This document shows positions 1 to 10,628 of a stretch of DNA of 64,000 bases, piece after piece (positions within the stretch are counted from its first letter, which is position 1; every line of letters starts with the position of its first letter). The position numbers and the translations under genes were made by a program. The notes below the pieces were generated by a model, which ran no database searches, had not been told where the DNA came from, and saw only the letters and a list, made by a program, of their open reading frames with translations. This stretch comes from an uncultured Gemmatimonadales bacterium. GTDB lineage: Bacteria; Gemmatimonadota; Gemmatimonadetes; Gemmatimonadales; GWC2-71-9. The stretch lies in the NCBI GenBank assembly GCA_963844035.1, contig CAWJMT010000001.1, positions 32,001 to 96,000 on the forward strand, read 5' to 3'.

Positions 1-644
1 CCGACGGGACAGGTGCTGTCGGACGAAGCGCGCCGGCTGATCGTCGAGCGCTGCGCCCAGCGTGGGCGCCTGGCTCCTGGCGGACGAGGTGTATCAGGGC
101 GCCGAGCTGGACGGCCGGACGACGGCGTCGTTCTGGGGCAAGCTACGAACGGGTGATCGTGGTGAACGGTCTCTCCAAGGCCTATGGCCTGCCGGGGCTG
201 CGGATCGGGTGGATCGTCGCTCCGGCCCCGTTCGTGGCGGAGGCGTGGGCGCGCCACGACTACACCACGATCGGTCCCTCAGGAGTCTCGGACCACCTCG
301 CCGCCGTGGCGCTCGAGCCGCGCGTGCGGGACAAGCTGTTGGATCGCACGCGGCGCATCCTCAACGCGAACTATCCGGTGCTGGACGAGTGGTTGAAGCG
401 GTTCGGGGACACGTTCACCTGGCATCCGCCCCGCGCGGGCGCGATCTGCTGGGCGCGGTACCGGCAATCCGTCGGCGCGCTCCAGATCGTCGAGACGATG
501 CGGGTGGAGCACAGCGTGCTGCTCGTGCCGGGAGAGCACTTCGGCATGCCGAACTACCTGCGTATCGGCTACGGCGACGAGCTACAGCACCTGCAGGAGG
601 CCCTGGCGGAGACGGAGCGGGGCCTCAAGCGGATTCTGACCTAA
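1..644 (+). CDS. Aminotransferase class I/II, PLP-dependent (5' partial; frame change near 140-150)
   Basis: WLLADEVYQG followed by NGLSKAYGLPGLRIGW (PLP-lysine motif); C-terminal LLVPGEHFG...LRIGYG. Confidence 0.9.
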   Translation, partial: DGTGAVGRSAPADRRALRPAWAPGSWRTRCIRAPSWTAGRRRRSGASYERVIVVNGLSKAYGLPGLRIGWIVAPAPFVAEAWARHDYTTIGPSGVSDHLAAVALEPRVRDKLLDRTRRILNANYPVLDEWLKRFGDTFTWHPPRAGAICWARYRQSVGALQIVETMRVEHSVLLVPGEHFGMPNYLRIGYGDELQHLQEALAETERGLKRILT

Positions 645-659
645 GGAGATCGATCCGCT

Positions 660-1692
660 CTAGCCGAACACGGCGTGCAGGACCACGTAGCGTCAGTCCC
701 GCGATTCCCGCCGCGGCGGGAATCGTCAGGATCCACGCCCACACGATCTGCCTGGCAACGCCCCAGCGGACTGCCGAGACCCGGTTCGCCGCCCCGACGC
801 CCATGATCGCGCCGGTAATGGTGTGCGTGGTGCTGGCCGGGATGCCGGAGTATGTGGCGATGAACAGCAAGGCGGCCCCGCTCGTTTCGGCGCAGAAGCC
901 CCCGAACGGCACGAGCTTGGTGATGCGTTGCCCCATCGTCTTCACGATCCGCCACCCTCCCGCCATCGTACCGAGCGCGATCGCCGCGTGCGCGGCGAGG
1001 ATCACCCACAGCGGAACGTCGTGCGAGGTCAGGTGGAGCGCCCGGATCGGGAAGTCCACGAACAGGTCCTGCTCCGCGACCAGCAGCCCGACGATGATGC
1101 CCATCGTCTTCTGGGCGTCGTTGCCGCCATGGCCGAGCGAGAACGCCGCGGCCGAGAACAGCTGCAAGACCCGGAAGGCCCGGTCCACGGTGCGGGGCAG
1201 CGCGCGGCGCAGGGCCCAGGACAGGGCGACGGTGAGGCCCAGCGCGAACACAAGTCCGAGCAGTGGGGCCAGGACGATAAAGGCGAGCGTGGCGACCCAC
1301 TTACCCGGCCACACCAGTGCCGCGAACCCCGCCTTCGAGATGGCTGCCCCTGCCAGCCCGCCCATCAGCGCGTGTGATGACGATGACGGGATGCCGCCGT
1401 ACCAGGTGATCAGGTTCCACGCAATGGCGCCCACGAGTGCGCCGAGGATGACCATGGAATCAACAACGCTGGGGTCGACGACCCCCTTGCTGATCGTCTT
1501 GGCGACGGCCGTCGTGAACACGAATGCAGCGACGAAGTTGAAGAACGCCGCCCAGGCGACCGCGAAACGGGGCGAGAGGACGCGGGTTGAGACGACGGTG
1601 GCGATGGAGTTCGCGGCGTCGTGGAACCCGTTGATGAAATCGAACGCGAGCGCCACGAGGACGATCGCGAGAACAATCCACGCGCTATGCAT
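660..1692 (-). CDS. pit: Inorganic phosphate transporter, PiT family (indel near 690; restored end YVVLHAVFG*)
   Basis: Two PiT signatures NGFHDAANSIAT and GHGGNDAQKTMG, plus PSSSSH and PASTTH; ATG at 1692 overlaps the stop of the DUF47 gene. Confidence 0.93.
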
Positions 1693-2309
1693 CAGGCGTG
1701 CTTGAGCGTGATGGACTCGATCACGTTGGCGACGTCTTCCGCCTGGTCCAGCGTCAACTCGAGGGTGTCGTAGATCTCCTTCCATTTGATCACCTCGAGC
1801 GCATCCCGTTCGGTTTCGAACAACCGGCCGAGCGCTTCCTGGTAGATCGCGTCCCCCTCTTCTTCCAGCCGCTTCGCTTCGATGCAGTACTGCATCACGT
1901 CCTCGCCGCCCTTCTTGAGGCGGCCGACCGCTTCGCCCAGCACCGCGACCATGCGCTGGATCACCTCGGTGAGCTGCTTGACGCCCGCGGGAGAGACGCC
2001 GACGCGGAAGATCTGCGAGCGCCGGGCCGTACCGTCCATCGCGTCCATGACGTCGTCCAGATCGGACGCCAATTGATGGATGTCCTCCCGGTCGAGCGGC
2101 GTGATGAACGTGCGGTCGAGGCGGTTGACAACCTCGTGCGTGACCTGGTCCGCTTCGTGCTCGAGCTGCTTGATCGCGTCGACGATCGGCTTGCGGCGAT
2201 CGGGCGCGGCTTCGAACAGGTCATGCAGGTGCTTGGCAGCCTCCTTGTTACGCTCGGCGACGGCGACAAAGAGAGTGAAAAATTCCTCTGCACGGGGAAG
2301 CAGACGCAC
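1692..2309 (-). CDS. DUF47 / PhoU-like phosphate transport regulator
   Basis: LEHEADQ...LDRTFITPLDREDIHQLASDLDDV and IKWKEIYDTLE motifs; translationally coupled to pit. Confidence 0.9.
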   Translation of the reverse strand: MRLLPRAEEFFTLFVAVAERNKEAAKHLHDLFEAAPDRRKPIVDAIKQLEHEADQVTHEVVNRLDRTFITPLDREDIHQLASDLDDVMDAMDGTARRSQIFRVGVSPAGVKQLTEVIQRMVAVLGEAVGRLKKGGEDVMQYCIEAKRLEEEGDAIYQEALGRLFETERDALEVIKWKEIYDTLELTLDQAEDVANVIESITLKHA

Positions 2310-2409
2310 GGGCGGCCTCGGGTCCGGGAAAGGTCGCCGAAAACATAGCGGCTGCCCGGTGGCAGCGACTAGGTTATCCCGCTCGCACAACGACGAGCGG
2401 GTGAAGCGC

Positions 2410-3852
2410 ATGGCTACGACGCAGCAGCCGCAGACGGAATTCGTCAGGGTGATCTCCCGGCTCGATGCCACGGCGCTCGTCGTGGGCTCGATGATCGGCT
2501 CGGGGATTTTCATCGTTTCGGCGCAGATCATCCGGGACGTGCACGCCCCTGGCTTACTGCTCCTCGTGTGGGCGATCGCCGGCGTCGTCACGTTGATGGG
2601 CGCACTGACGTACGGCGAGCTCGCGGCCATGTTCCCCAAGGCCGGCGGGCAGTACGTCTACCTGCGGGAAAGTATTTCCCCGCTGTTCGGCTACCTGTAC
2701 GGCTGGACTCTGTTCGTGGTGATCCAGACCGGGACCATCGCCGCGGTTGCGGTTGCGTTCGCCCGCTTCTCGGGGGTGCTCTTCCCTGCGCTCACGCCCG
2801 ACGTGTTCCTGGGCGGGACGATCAACTTTCCCCAGCCGATCGGCCCCATCACCGTGGGGCTGTCTCCCCAACGGGTGCTGGCGGTCGCATCGATCGTCGT
2901 ACTCACCTGGATCAACGTGCGCGGCGTGCGGACGGCGGCGGTCATTCAGACCTCGCTCACGGCCATCAAGACCGCCGCGCTCGCCGGGCTCATCCTGCTC
3001 GGCCTCACGATCGGGCGGAACGCCGCCGCGCTTGCGGAGAATTTCGGAACAGCGTTCTGGCCGGCGGGCGGCCTGACGCTCGCGTTGGTGCCGGTGATCG
3101 GCGCCGCCATGGTCGGCTCGCTGTTCTCGATGGACGCCTGGAACAACGTGGGGTTCGCCGGCTCCGAGCTGAAGGACCCGAAGCGGGATCTGCCGTTCGC
3201 CATGGGGGCCGGGGTCCTCACCGTCACCGTGCTCTACATGCTGGCGAACGTCGCCTACTTGAGTGTCCTCCCGGCCGAGGCGATCGCCGCTGCGCCACAG
3301 GACCGCGTGGCCACGGCGGCGCTCAAGGCGATTCTCGGCGACGCCGGGCTGTACGTCATGGCAGTGGCGATCATGATTTCGACGTTCGGGTGCAACAACG
3401 GCTTGATCCTGTCGGGCGCACGGGTGTTCTACGCGATGGCGCGCGACAATCTGTTCTTCAAGTCGGCCGGCGTGCTGCATCCGAAATACAAGACGCCGTC
3501 CGTGGCGCTCGTCGTGCAGGCCCTGTGGACCAGCGTGCTGTGCCTGTCGGGGACGTATGGCCAGCTGCTCGACTTCGTGATTTTTGCGGCCCTGGTGTTC
3601 TACATGCTCACAGCGACGGGGCTGTTCGCGTTGCGGGCCAAGCGACCGGATGCCGAGCGTCCGGTGCGCGTTCCAGGGTACCCGTGGCTCCCGGCGCTCT
3701 ACCTGCTGCTCACAGCCCTGATCGCGCTGGCGATGCTCGCGATGAAGACGACGTACAGCGCCTTGGGGTTGCTCTGCGTGTTGCTGGGGGTGCCGGTGTA
3801 CTTTCTATGGCGGGCGGCAACGGGAGATCGCCGCAGTCGCACGATCGCATGA
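2410..3852 (+). CDS. APC-family amino acid permease
   Basis: VGSMIGSGIF, YGELAAMFPKAGGQYVYL, about 12 hydrophobic segments. Confidence 0.93.
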   Translation: MATTQQPQTEFVRVISRLDATALVVGSMIGSGIFIVSAQIIRDVHAPGLLLLVWAIAGVVTLMGALTYGELAAMFPKAGGQYVYLRESISPLFGYLYGWTLFVVIQTGTIAAVAVAFARFSGVLFPALTPDVFLGGTINFPQPIGPITVGLSPQRVLAVASIVVLTWINVRGVRTAAVIQTSLTAIKTAALAGLILLGLTIGRNAAALAENFGTAFWPAGGLTLALVPVIGAAMVGSLFSMDAWNNVGFAGSELKDPKRDLPFAMGAGVLTVTVLYMLANVAYLSVLPAEAIAAAPQDRVATAALKAILGDAGLYVMAVAIMISTFGCNNGLILSGARVFYAMARDNLFFKSAGVLHPKYKTPSVALVVQALWTSVLCLSGTYGQLLDFVIFAALVFYMLTATGLFALRAKRPDAERPVRVPGYPWLPALYLLLTALIALAMLAMKTTYSALGLLCVLLGVPVYFLWRAATGDRRSRTIA

Positions 3853-4284
3853 GGAGTATCTCACAGCTGAAGCCACAGGTACACACGCACGCGCGACGCA
3901 CACTCGGAATTGCGGCCGTCGTCGTCACGGCGTCAGTCACGTTCCTGGAGTGCAATCCCGAATTCGCCGCACCGTACGCACCGGTAGTCAGAGACACGGT
4001 GGACTACTTCGAGTACACAGCGCCGGTCGACGGCGTCACCACGACGTCACGATACTCCTGGGAGACCACCGGGACCGTCGCGAAGGTCAACCTCATGAGC
4101 ACGGTGACGCGCAGGTGCGGCGATCGTGACCATCGCCGATGACGATTCGGCGCTGATCTTTACGCACGCACTGGACGGGAGCGGCGTCGTGGGCACGGGG
4201 ACTGGAACGGCGGGCTTCTGGAGCATCCACGTGGCGCTGACGAACGCCAGCGGGACGCTGCACTTCACTGTTGAGCCGCAGTAG
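3849..4284 (+). CDS. Hypothetical exported beta-rich protein (frame change near 4110)
   Basis: ATG overlaps permease stop (ATGA); hydrophobic N-terminus; C-terminal half ...GFWSIHVALTNASGTLHFTVEPQ* lies in another frame. Confidence 0.5.
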
Positions 4285-4290
4285 CCGGCG

Positions 4291-5127
4291 TCAGGGCGCG
4301 GCGCGAAACCGTGGGTACTCGCCGAGCACGGTGATCTCAGCACCCTGACCCTTGAGCGCGTCGAGCGCTCCCTGCATCGCCGGCTCGGCGATGCGGGTTT
4401 CCACGTCCAGATAGAAGAGATACTGCCACGGCGTCGTGCGGTCGGGGCGGCTTTCGAGCTTCGTGAGGTTGAGCTCTGCGTCGGCAAAGGGGGCGAGCGC
4501 GCGCGCCAGCGTCCCCGAGCGGTGCGGCAGGCGCAGCCGCAACGTCACCTTCGCCGGCACCCCCGCCTCAGGCGCAACCGGCTCACGGCCGACCAGCAGG
4601 AAGCGGGTCTGATTGTGCGGCTCGTCCTCGATGCGCTCGCCCAGAATCTCGAGGCCGTAGCGCCCCGCCGCGAGCTTCCCCGCCACGGCGCCGACCGCCC
4701 GGTCGTTGCGGCGGGCCACCTCGGCCGCCGCGCCCGCCGTGTCGTAGAATGCCACCACCTCGACGTTGGTGAGACTCCGCAGCAGCCGCTCGCACTGCGC
4801 CAACGCGACCGGATGGGACAGCACGCGGCGCAACGAGTCGCGCGCGGATCCGCGGACGCCCAGCAAGCAGTGATGCACCGGGCTCACGACCTCGCCCACG
4901 ATCGCCAGCCCCGACTCGGCGATCAGGTCGAAGTTCGTGGCGATCGACCCCACGAGCGAATTCTCGATCGGCAGCAGGCCGAACTCGGTGCGCGACTCGA
5001 GCACCGACGACGCCACGTCGCGAAATTCGCGGCAGGGCACTGAGGCGGCCTGAGGGTCGAGGAGATAGAGCGCTTCCTCGCTGTAGGCGCCGGGCTCGCC
5101 TTGAAAGGCTATCCGATTGTTCGGCAT
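4291..5127 (-). CDS. pheA: Prephenate dehydratase
   Basis: IAFQGEPGAYSEEA, PIENS, SHPVALAQC, NQTRF, ACT domain NLTKLESRP. Confidence 0.95.
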   Translation of the reverse strand: MPNNRIAFQGEPGAYSEEALYLLDPQAASVPCREFRDVASSVLESRTEFGLLPIENSLVGSIATNFDLIAESGLAIVGEVVSPVHHCLLGVRGSARDSLRRVLSHPVALAQCERLLRSLTNVEVVAFYDTAGAAAEVARRNDRAVGAVAGKLAAGRYGLEILGERIEDEPHNQTRFLLVGREPVAPEAGVPAKVTLRLRLPHRSGTLARALAPFADAELNLTKLESRPDRTTPWQYLFYLDVETRIAEPAMQGALDALKGQGAEITVLGEYPRFRAAP

Positions 5128-5153
5128 CGGGTTACAGTAACAGGCGGCGTCAC

Positions 5154-5187
5154 TTGCTGACAGTGGGCTTCGGGATATATTCGGGTC
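5154..5187 (+). promoter_or_regulatory. Putative sigma70 promoter (TTGCTG-16-TATATT) with overlapping 20-bp operator CTTCGGGATATATTCGGGTC (5168-5187)
   Basis: Motif is identical to 9055-9074 and abuts ATG 5188 (leaderless-type geometry). Confidence 0.75.
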
Positions 5188-6329
5188 ATGGTCCCGCCCC
5201 AAAGCTCCCCGACTCCCAGCCGCCGCCGCGTCCGGCCTGTCCCGAATGCGGAGCCGGACTGGTACGCCAGTCGGCGTGCGTGCTGTGCGTGACCTGTGGA
5301 TGGGCGCGGTGCGGCTAGGCCTACCCGTTCTCGACCAGCGCCTGCGCGGCACGACGTTCGTATCCCTCTCCGCCAAGTCGGTCCTCAACGCGCCGCAGCA
5401 AACGGGGATGGATTTCTGGTCGATCAACCCGTACGTCGGCTGCGAATTCGGATGCAGTTACTGCTACGCACGCTACGCGCACCGCTATGTGGTCGAGCGG
5501 GCGCACGACCGGGGCGCGCTCGACGACGAAGAGTTCCGGGATTTCCGCGGTGCCCACGGGTGGGAAGCGTTCGAGCGCCGCATCTTCGTGAAGGAGCATG
5601 TGCGCGGCGCGCTCGACGCCGATCTGCGGCGATACTTTCGCTCCGCGGCCGGTGGCCGGGCCGCCGCACCGATCGTGATCGGGACCGCCACCGATCCGTA
5701 CCAACCAGCCGAACGTCGCTTCCGGGTGACGCGCGCGATCCTCGAGCGGCTCGCGAGCTACGAAGGCTTGTCGATCGGCATCATCACGAAGAGCCCGCTC
5801 ATCACCCGCGACGCCGACGTGTTGCAGCGCCTCGCTGCCCGCTCCGACCTCGAAGTGTACGTGTCGCTGATCACGGTCGATGCCCCACTGATTCGGAAGG
5901 TCGAGGCCCGCTCGCCCAGCCCGGCGGTGCGGCTGCGAGCGTTGGGTCGCTTGAGGGCAGCCGGGATCAACGCAGGACTTATCATCGCGCCGATTCTTCC
6001 GGGCATCACGGATGATCGGCCGCACCTGGAGGCGCTGTTTCAGGCAGCGCGCGATGCCGATGCGCGATTCGTCCACGCGGGCCCGCTGCGGCTCTATGCG
6101 GCGGTACGAGACCGATTTCTTCCGGTGCTCGAGGCCGAGTTCCCCCATCTGGTCGAGCGCTACGTGCGCGCGTACGCGCGCTACAGCAGCGCGCCGCGCG
6201 AATACGCCGCCGCGCTCAAGCGGCGCATTCAGCGACTGCAGGTACGGTTCGGCTTGCCCGTGAATCGAGGAATGCAGGACCGATATCAGCGGCGGCGACC
6301 CCAGCCGCAGGTCGAGCTGGCGATTCTAG
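5188..6329 (+). CDS. Radical SAM protein, SplB / Rv2578c-like DNA-repair family (indels near 5250-5290 and 6323)
   Basis: INPYVGCEFGCSYCYARY (CxxxCxxC), IGTATDPYQPAE, ITKSPLITRD, APILPGITD. Track ORF 5246-6487 overruns the DUF72 gene; removing one base gives ...QVELAF* at 6329. Confidence 0.85.
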
Positions 6330-7294
6330 GGAGAGGAGTCAGCCCCGCTCAGCCACGCTTCCGCCACCGCGCGAATGGTGCCCGGCGCATTCCCCTCGGC
6401 CCGGTTGTTGGCCAGAATCAACGCCTCGAGGCGCCGCCGCGTCGCTTCGGCGATCAGCCGCAGCAGGTCCTGCCGCAGATCCGGTAGCGGCTCACGAACG
6501 CGGTCGTACGGTTCGAATAATTTCACGGCATCGGCGTAGGCCCGGCCGGGCCTGAGCAGTGCGCGCGCGACCGTGAACTCCGCCGGAAACACCCACGGCA
6601 ACTCGAGCTGCGCGCCGATCGGTGGCATCTCGGTCCAGGAGTTGAACACGTGCGCCACACCATGGCGGGCGAGCACGGCGCCGTGGCGGGGATCGAGTAG
6701 CTCAGGGTTGCGCAGCTCTACCGCGTAGCGCCAGTCGCGCGGCAGCGCTCCCAGGAATCGATCGAGCTGCTTCCGCCCACTCGCCCGCGTCGGGGAGATC
6801 CTTGCCCCGCATCGCCTGGAACTCGAACACGAAGCAGCCGGCGTGATCGCGGAACGCGCGCCCGTAGGGACCGAGCACCGCTTCTTTGAACAGGTCGGCG
6901 TTCAGGAAGTCCGGGTTTCGCAGCCCCGCCAGATTGCCCCAGCGACGATCCTGGTTGAAACGCTTGGCGGTAATGCGATCCCACACCTTGCTGACGCACG
7001 GGAAACCCGGCGGGAGGGCGCTGGCATAGGCCGCCAGCACGGCCTCGGAGGGCGGCTCGTAGAAGGCGCTGTCGATCCCGACGGTGCGGAACAGGGGATA
7101 GCGGGCGTACTCCTCCAGCCGCTTGGCGGGTTGCGGACCGCGATACGTCTCGATGGTAGACGTCACCCGTCCAGCCGTCGTAGGTCCAGGTCGAAGTGCC
7201 GAACTTGATGTTGGACGGGAGCCGGCGGGCCGAGGGCCACCACATCGTCTGCGGGCTGGGAGCGCGCGTCGCCGAAGAGATCGGTCTGTGCCAC
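6326..7294 (-). CDS. DUF72 (YecE-like) family protein (several indels)
   Basis: IKFGTSTWTYDGWTG, YARYPLFRTVGIDSAFY, CVSKVW, FVFEF, NNRAEGNAP spread over three frames; GTG start gives MAQTDLFG. Confidence 0.85.
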
Positions 7295-7325
7295 CTCGTA
7301 ACGTAGCGCGCCACGCCGGGCCGTG

Positions 7326-7371
7326 TTGACGTTGCTCCCGCGCCGTGTATTCTCCGCCGACACCTCGGAGG
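7326..7371 (+). promoter_or_regulatory. Putative sigma70 promoter (TTGACG-16-TATTCT) and SD GGAGG
   Basis: Near-consensus hexamers upstream of ATG 7378. Confidence 0.45.
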
Positions 7372-7377
7372 TAACCC

Positions 7378-8990
7378 ATGCTGCCGCTCCTGCGCGCGGT
7401 TTTCCTGGCCGTTCAGGCCCAGACCGCCGGCGCCCCTACGCCGCCCACCCCGCTGATCGAGAACCTCGGGAAGCTGCATCACGCGATCAGCACCACGGTC
7501 CCGCTGGCGCAGCGCTACTTCGACCAGGGCCTGCTGCTCACGTACGGCTTCAATCACGAGGAAGCCATCAACTCGTTCCGCGAAGCGGCACGGCTCGACT
7601 CGACGTGCGCGATGTGCTACTGGGGTGTCGCGTTCGCCTACGGCCCCAACATCAATATCCCGATGGACCCGTCCGTGATGCCGCAGGTGCTCGAGGCCGT
7701 GCGCGCAGCCTACGCCCGAATATCCCACGCAAGCCCGGTCGAGCGCGCGTTGATCGAAGCGATTGCGACCCGCTACTCCGCCGACACAACAAAGCGTCGC
7801 GGCGCGTTGGACACGGCCTACGCCGCCGCCGCCCGCGATCTGTGGCGTGACTTCCCCGCTGACGACGACGTGGGGACGCTGTACGCCGACGCGCTCATGA
7901 ACCTGGCGCCCTGGAACTACTGGCAGCCCAACGGCACGCCGCGACCGGGGACGCAGATGATCGTCTCGACGCTCGAGCGCATCCAGAAGCGCAATCCCGA
8001 ACCACATCGGCGCCTGCCATCTCTACATTCATGCCGTCGAGGCATCGTTCGAGCCCCAGCGAGCGCTCCCCTGCGCCGAGCGGCTCCCCGGGCTCGCCCC
8101 GGGCGCGGGCCACCTCGTGCACATGCCCGCCCACATCTACATGCGTGTGGGACGCTACGCCGACGCTGTCATCGCCAACTCCCACGCGGCGCACACCGAC
8201 GAGACGTTCATCGAGCGCCGTCATCCCACGGGGTTCTATCCGGTTTACTACTTCCACAACCTGCATTTCCTCTGGGCGGCGACGTATATGGAGGGCCGAA
8301 GCGCGGAGTCGCTGCGCGCCGCACGCGAACTGGTGAAGAGCGTTCCTCCCGAGCTGATCGGGCTGGTGCCGTCGCTCGAGTACCTCGTTCCCACGCCGTT
8401 GCTCGCGCTCGTGCAATTCGGCAAATGGGACGACGTGCTCGCTGAGCCTCAGCCATCAGAGTCGCTGCGATACACCCGCGCCATTTGGCACTACGCGCGC
8501 GGGCGCGCCCTGGCGGCCCGGAATCAGCCGGATCAAGCGGATGACGAGCTCGACAGCCTCACGACAATTCGCGTGGCGATCAAGGACCTGTCACTCGGGT
8601 TCCAGACCGCCGGCAGCCTGCTCGGCGTCGCCGCTCACACCCTGCGAGGACAGATCGCTGCGCAGCGCGGCGACACCGGCGATGGCGGTGCGCGAGCTCG
8701 AGGAAGCGGTGCGGCTCCAGGATGCGCTGATCTATGACGAGCCGCCGCCCTGGTACTATCCCGTGCGCCAAACGCTCGCGGCGACGTTGCTTGCGGCGGG
8801 ACGGGGGGCGGAGGCAGAGGCGGTCTATCGGGAAGACCTGAAGAGAAATCCCGAGAACGGCTGGTCGCTCTTCGGCCTGGCACGGGCGCTTACCGGGCAG
8901 GGCAAACCGGCCGACGCCGCTGCCGTGGATAAGCGGTTCCGCCGGGCGTGGGCGCGCGCGGACGTGGTGCTTACCGCGTCTGGGTTCTAG
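7378..8990 (+). CDS. Secreted TPR-repeat protein (indels near 8000 and 8680)
   Basis: Signal peptide; AQRYFDQGL...FNHEEA...CAMCYWG; HLVHMPAHIY; YDEPPPWYYPVRQ; PENGWSLFGL. Confidence 0.8.
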
Positions 8991-9038
8991 CTTCATAAAG
9001 CGAGGTATTACAATAGCTTAAGGTAAATCATTGGGATC

Positions 9039-9074
9039 TTGCGGCCGATGCGATCTTCGGGATATATTCGGGTC
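9039..9074 (+). promoter_or_regulatory. Putative sigma70 promoter (TTGCGG-18-TATATT) with overlapping 20-bp operator CTTCGGGATATATTCGGGTC (9055-9074)
   Basis: Exact copy of 5168-5187; ends 15 nt upstream of the imuB ATG. Confidence 0.75.
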
Positions 9075-9089
9075 CCTAATCGCCGGCTC

Positions 9090-10373
9090 ATGACTCGCAA
9101 ATCTCCACCGAGCAGCTCGTACGCCGCCTGCTGCTGGATCCCACTCTTCGCCCTCCGCTGCGAGGAGGCGCGGCACCCCGAGCTCGCGGCGCAGCCCTGC
9201 GCGCTGCTCGCCTGCGACGACCTGCGGCGGGTGTGGCAGGTCTCCCCGATCGCCAGGAAGGCGGGCGTCAGCGCCGGTCACACCATCAGCCAGGCGATCG
9301 GTCTCTGTCCCACGCTGCGGCTGTGCGAGCCTGACCCGGTTCACTACGACCAGCAATTCGCTCAGCTGCTGACCGCGCTCGGCACCGTGAGCCCGGTGAT
9401 CGAGCCCGCCGAGCTGGGGCGGGTGTTCGTGGGGATGGACGGGCTGGAGGGACTGTACGGTCCGCCGGAAAAACAGGTGGAAGCGATACGAGTGCGGATT
9501 GCGGAATTCGGAATGCGGAATCGAAGTGCAGGCATCGATTCCGCATTCGACATTCCGCACTCCGCACTCCGTGTAGGGCTGGGGAAAGGGAAAGTTCGTT
9601 TCCTGGGTCGCTGCCACTCGCGCGCGACCTGGACATGCCGTCATCGTCCGCCCGGGGGAAGAGGTAGACGTTTCTCGCCGCTCAACCCCTCGCCGTGCTG
9701 CCGCTCGATCCCGACACGCATCGCCGGCTGCGCCAGCTCGGTCTGAGAACGCTCGCCGACCTGAAGGCGTTGCCTGAGGCGGCGGTCATCGCGCAGTTCG
9801 GCCGCGCCGGCCGCAGGCTGTGGCAGCTGGCGGCGGGAGTGCTCGCCGAGCCGGTCGTGGGACGCGAGGTACCCGAGCCCATCGTCGCGGCCCTCACCTT
9901 CTTCTCTCCGGTCTCCGACCTGGAAATGCTGACGCAGTCGCTGGTGCAGCTGATCGAGCGCGCACTCAAGCATCCGCGTCGCTCAGGGTGGCGCGTGCGG
10001 CAGGTGCGCGTGCGCGCCGCGCTCGAGCACGGGACATCGTGGATGATCGATGCCGTGCTCAAGGACCCGTCAGCGGATCCGAGTCGCATCCTCGCACCGC
10101 TCGATACCCGGCTGGACGTCGGCGCCGCCCACGAAAGCCGTCGAGCGGCTCACGGTCGAGTTCTGCTCCTTCGCTCCGGGGACCACTGCGCTGCAGCTCT
10201 TCGCGCGCGATGCGAACGCGGCCGCGCGAGCCGGCAGGCAGCGCGCACTGCGGTACGCCGTTCAGGAGATCAAGCTCCGGCTGCGGCGGTCACCGCTCTA
10301 TCACATCATCGAGGTGCAGCCATGGTCGCGCATTCCCGAACGCCGCTACGCGTTGATCGACTACGAGCCCTGA
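9090..10373 (+). CDS. imuB: ImuB, catalytically inactive Y-family polymerase homolog (indels near 9590-9690 and 10120)
   Basis: Y-family layout (ARKAGVSAGHTISQAIGLCP, LRQLGLRTLADL) with catalytic acidic motifs lost (WIPLFAL, IEPAELGRVFV); lies upstream of dnaE2. Confidence 0.85.
9490..9569. repeat. Heptamer-repeat inverted repeat, (GAATGCG-like)x5 - 10 nt loop - (CGCATTC-like)x5, in frame inside imuB
   Basis: gagtgcg gattgcg gaattcg gaatgcg gaatcga / tcgattc cgcattc gacattc cgcactc cgcactc. Confidence 0.85.
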
Positions 10374-10615
10374 ATGCGCCGGAAACGGTGGAGGTCGACG
10401 TTGACGCATCGGGAGTACCACGGCGGTCAGGCGGTCAAAAAACAACAGCGGCGGTCAGGCGGTCGAGAACATTCTCGATGTGTGGCGAATCGACGATGAA
10501 TGGTGGCGGCTGCGGATCTCACGTCTCTACTACGACGTCATGCTGGAAGGCGGTGGGCACGTTGTCCTGTTCAAAGATCTTGTCGCGGGTGATTGGTTCG
10601 TCCAGAAAGCCTTAA
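10322..10615 (+). CDS. Small protein resembling the ImuB C-terminal (DUF6504-like) domain (apparently compensating indels)
   Basis: RLRALNAPETVEV...DVWRIDDEWWR...SRLYYDVMLEGG..VVLFKDL..GDWFVQ; sits between imuB and dnaE2. Confidence 0.7.
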   Translation: MVAHSRTPLRVDRLRALNAPETVEVDVDASGVPRRSGGQKTTAAVRRSRTFSMCGESTMNGGGCGSHVSTTTSCWKAVGTLSCSKILSRVIGSSRKP

Positions 10616-10628
10616 CTGACCGCCTACG

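Noticed and set aside
62..1705. Long track ORFs such as 62-1705(+), 27235-29682(-), 29730-31130(-), 55576-57024(+) and 60260-61783(+)
   Set aside because: Antisense or alternate-frame shadows of well-supported genes, expected at this GC content; no recognisable motifs.
660..2309. DUF47-pit pair as a novel system
   Set aside because: Well-known conserved phosphate-uptake arrangement.
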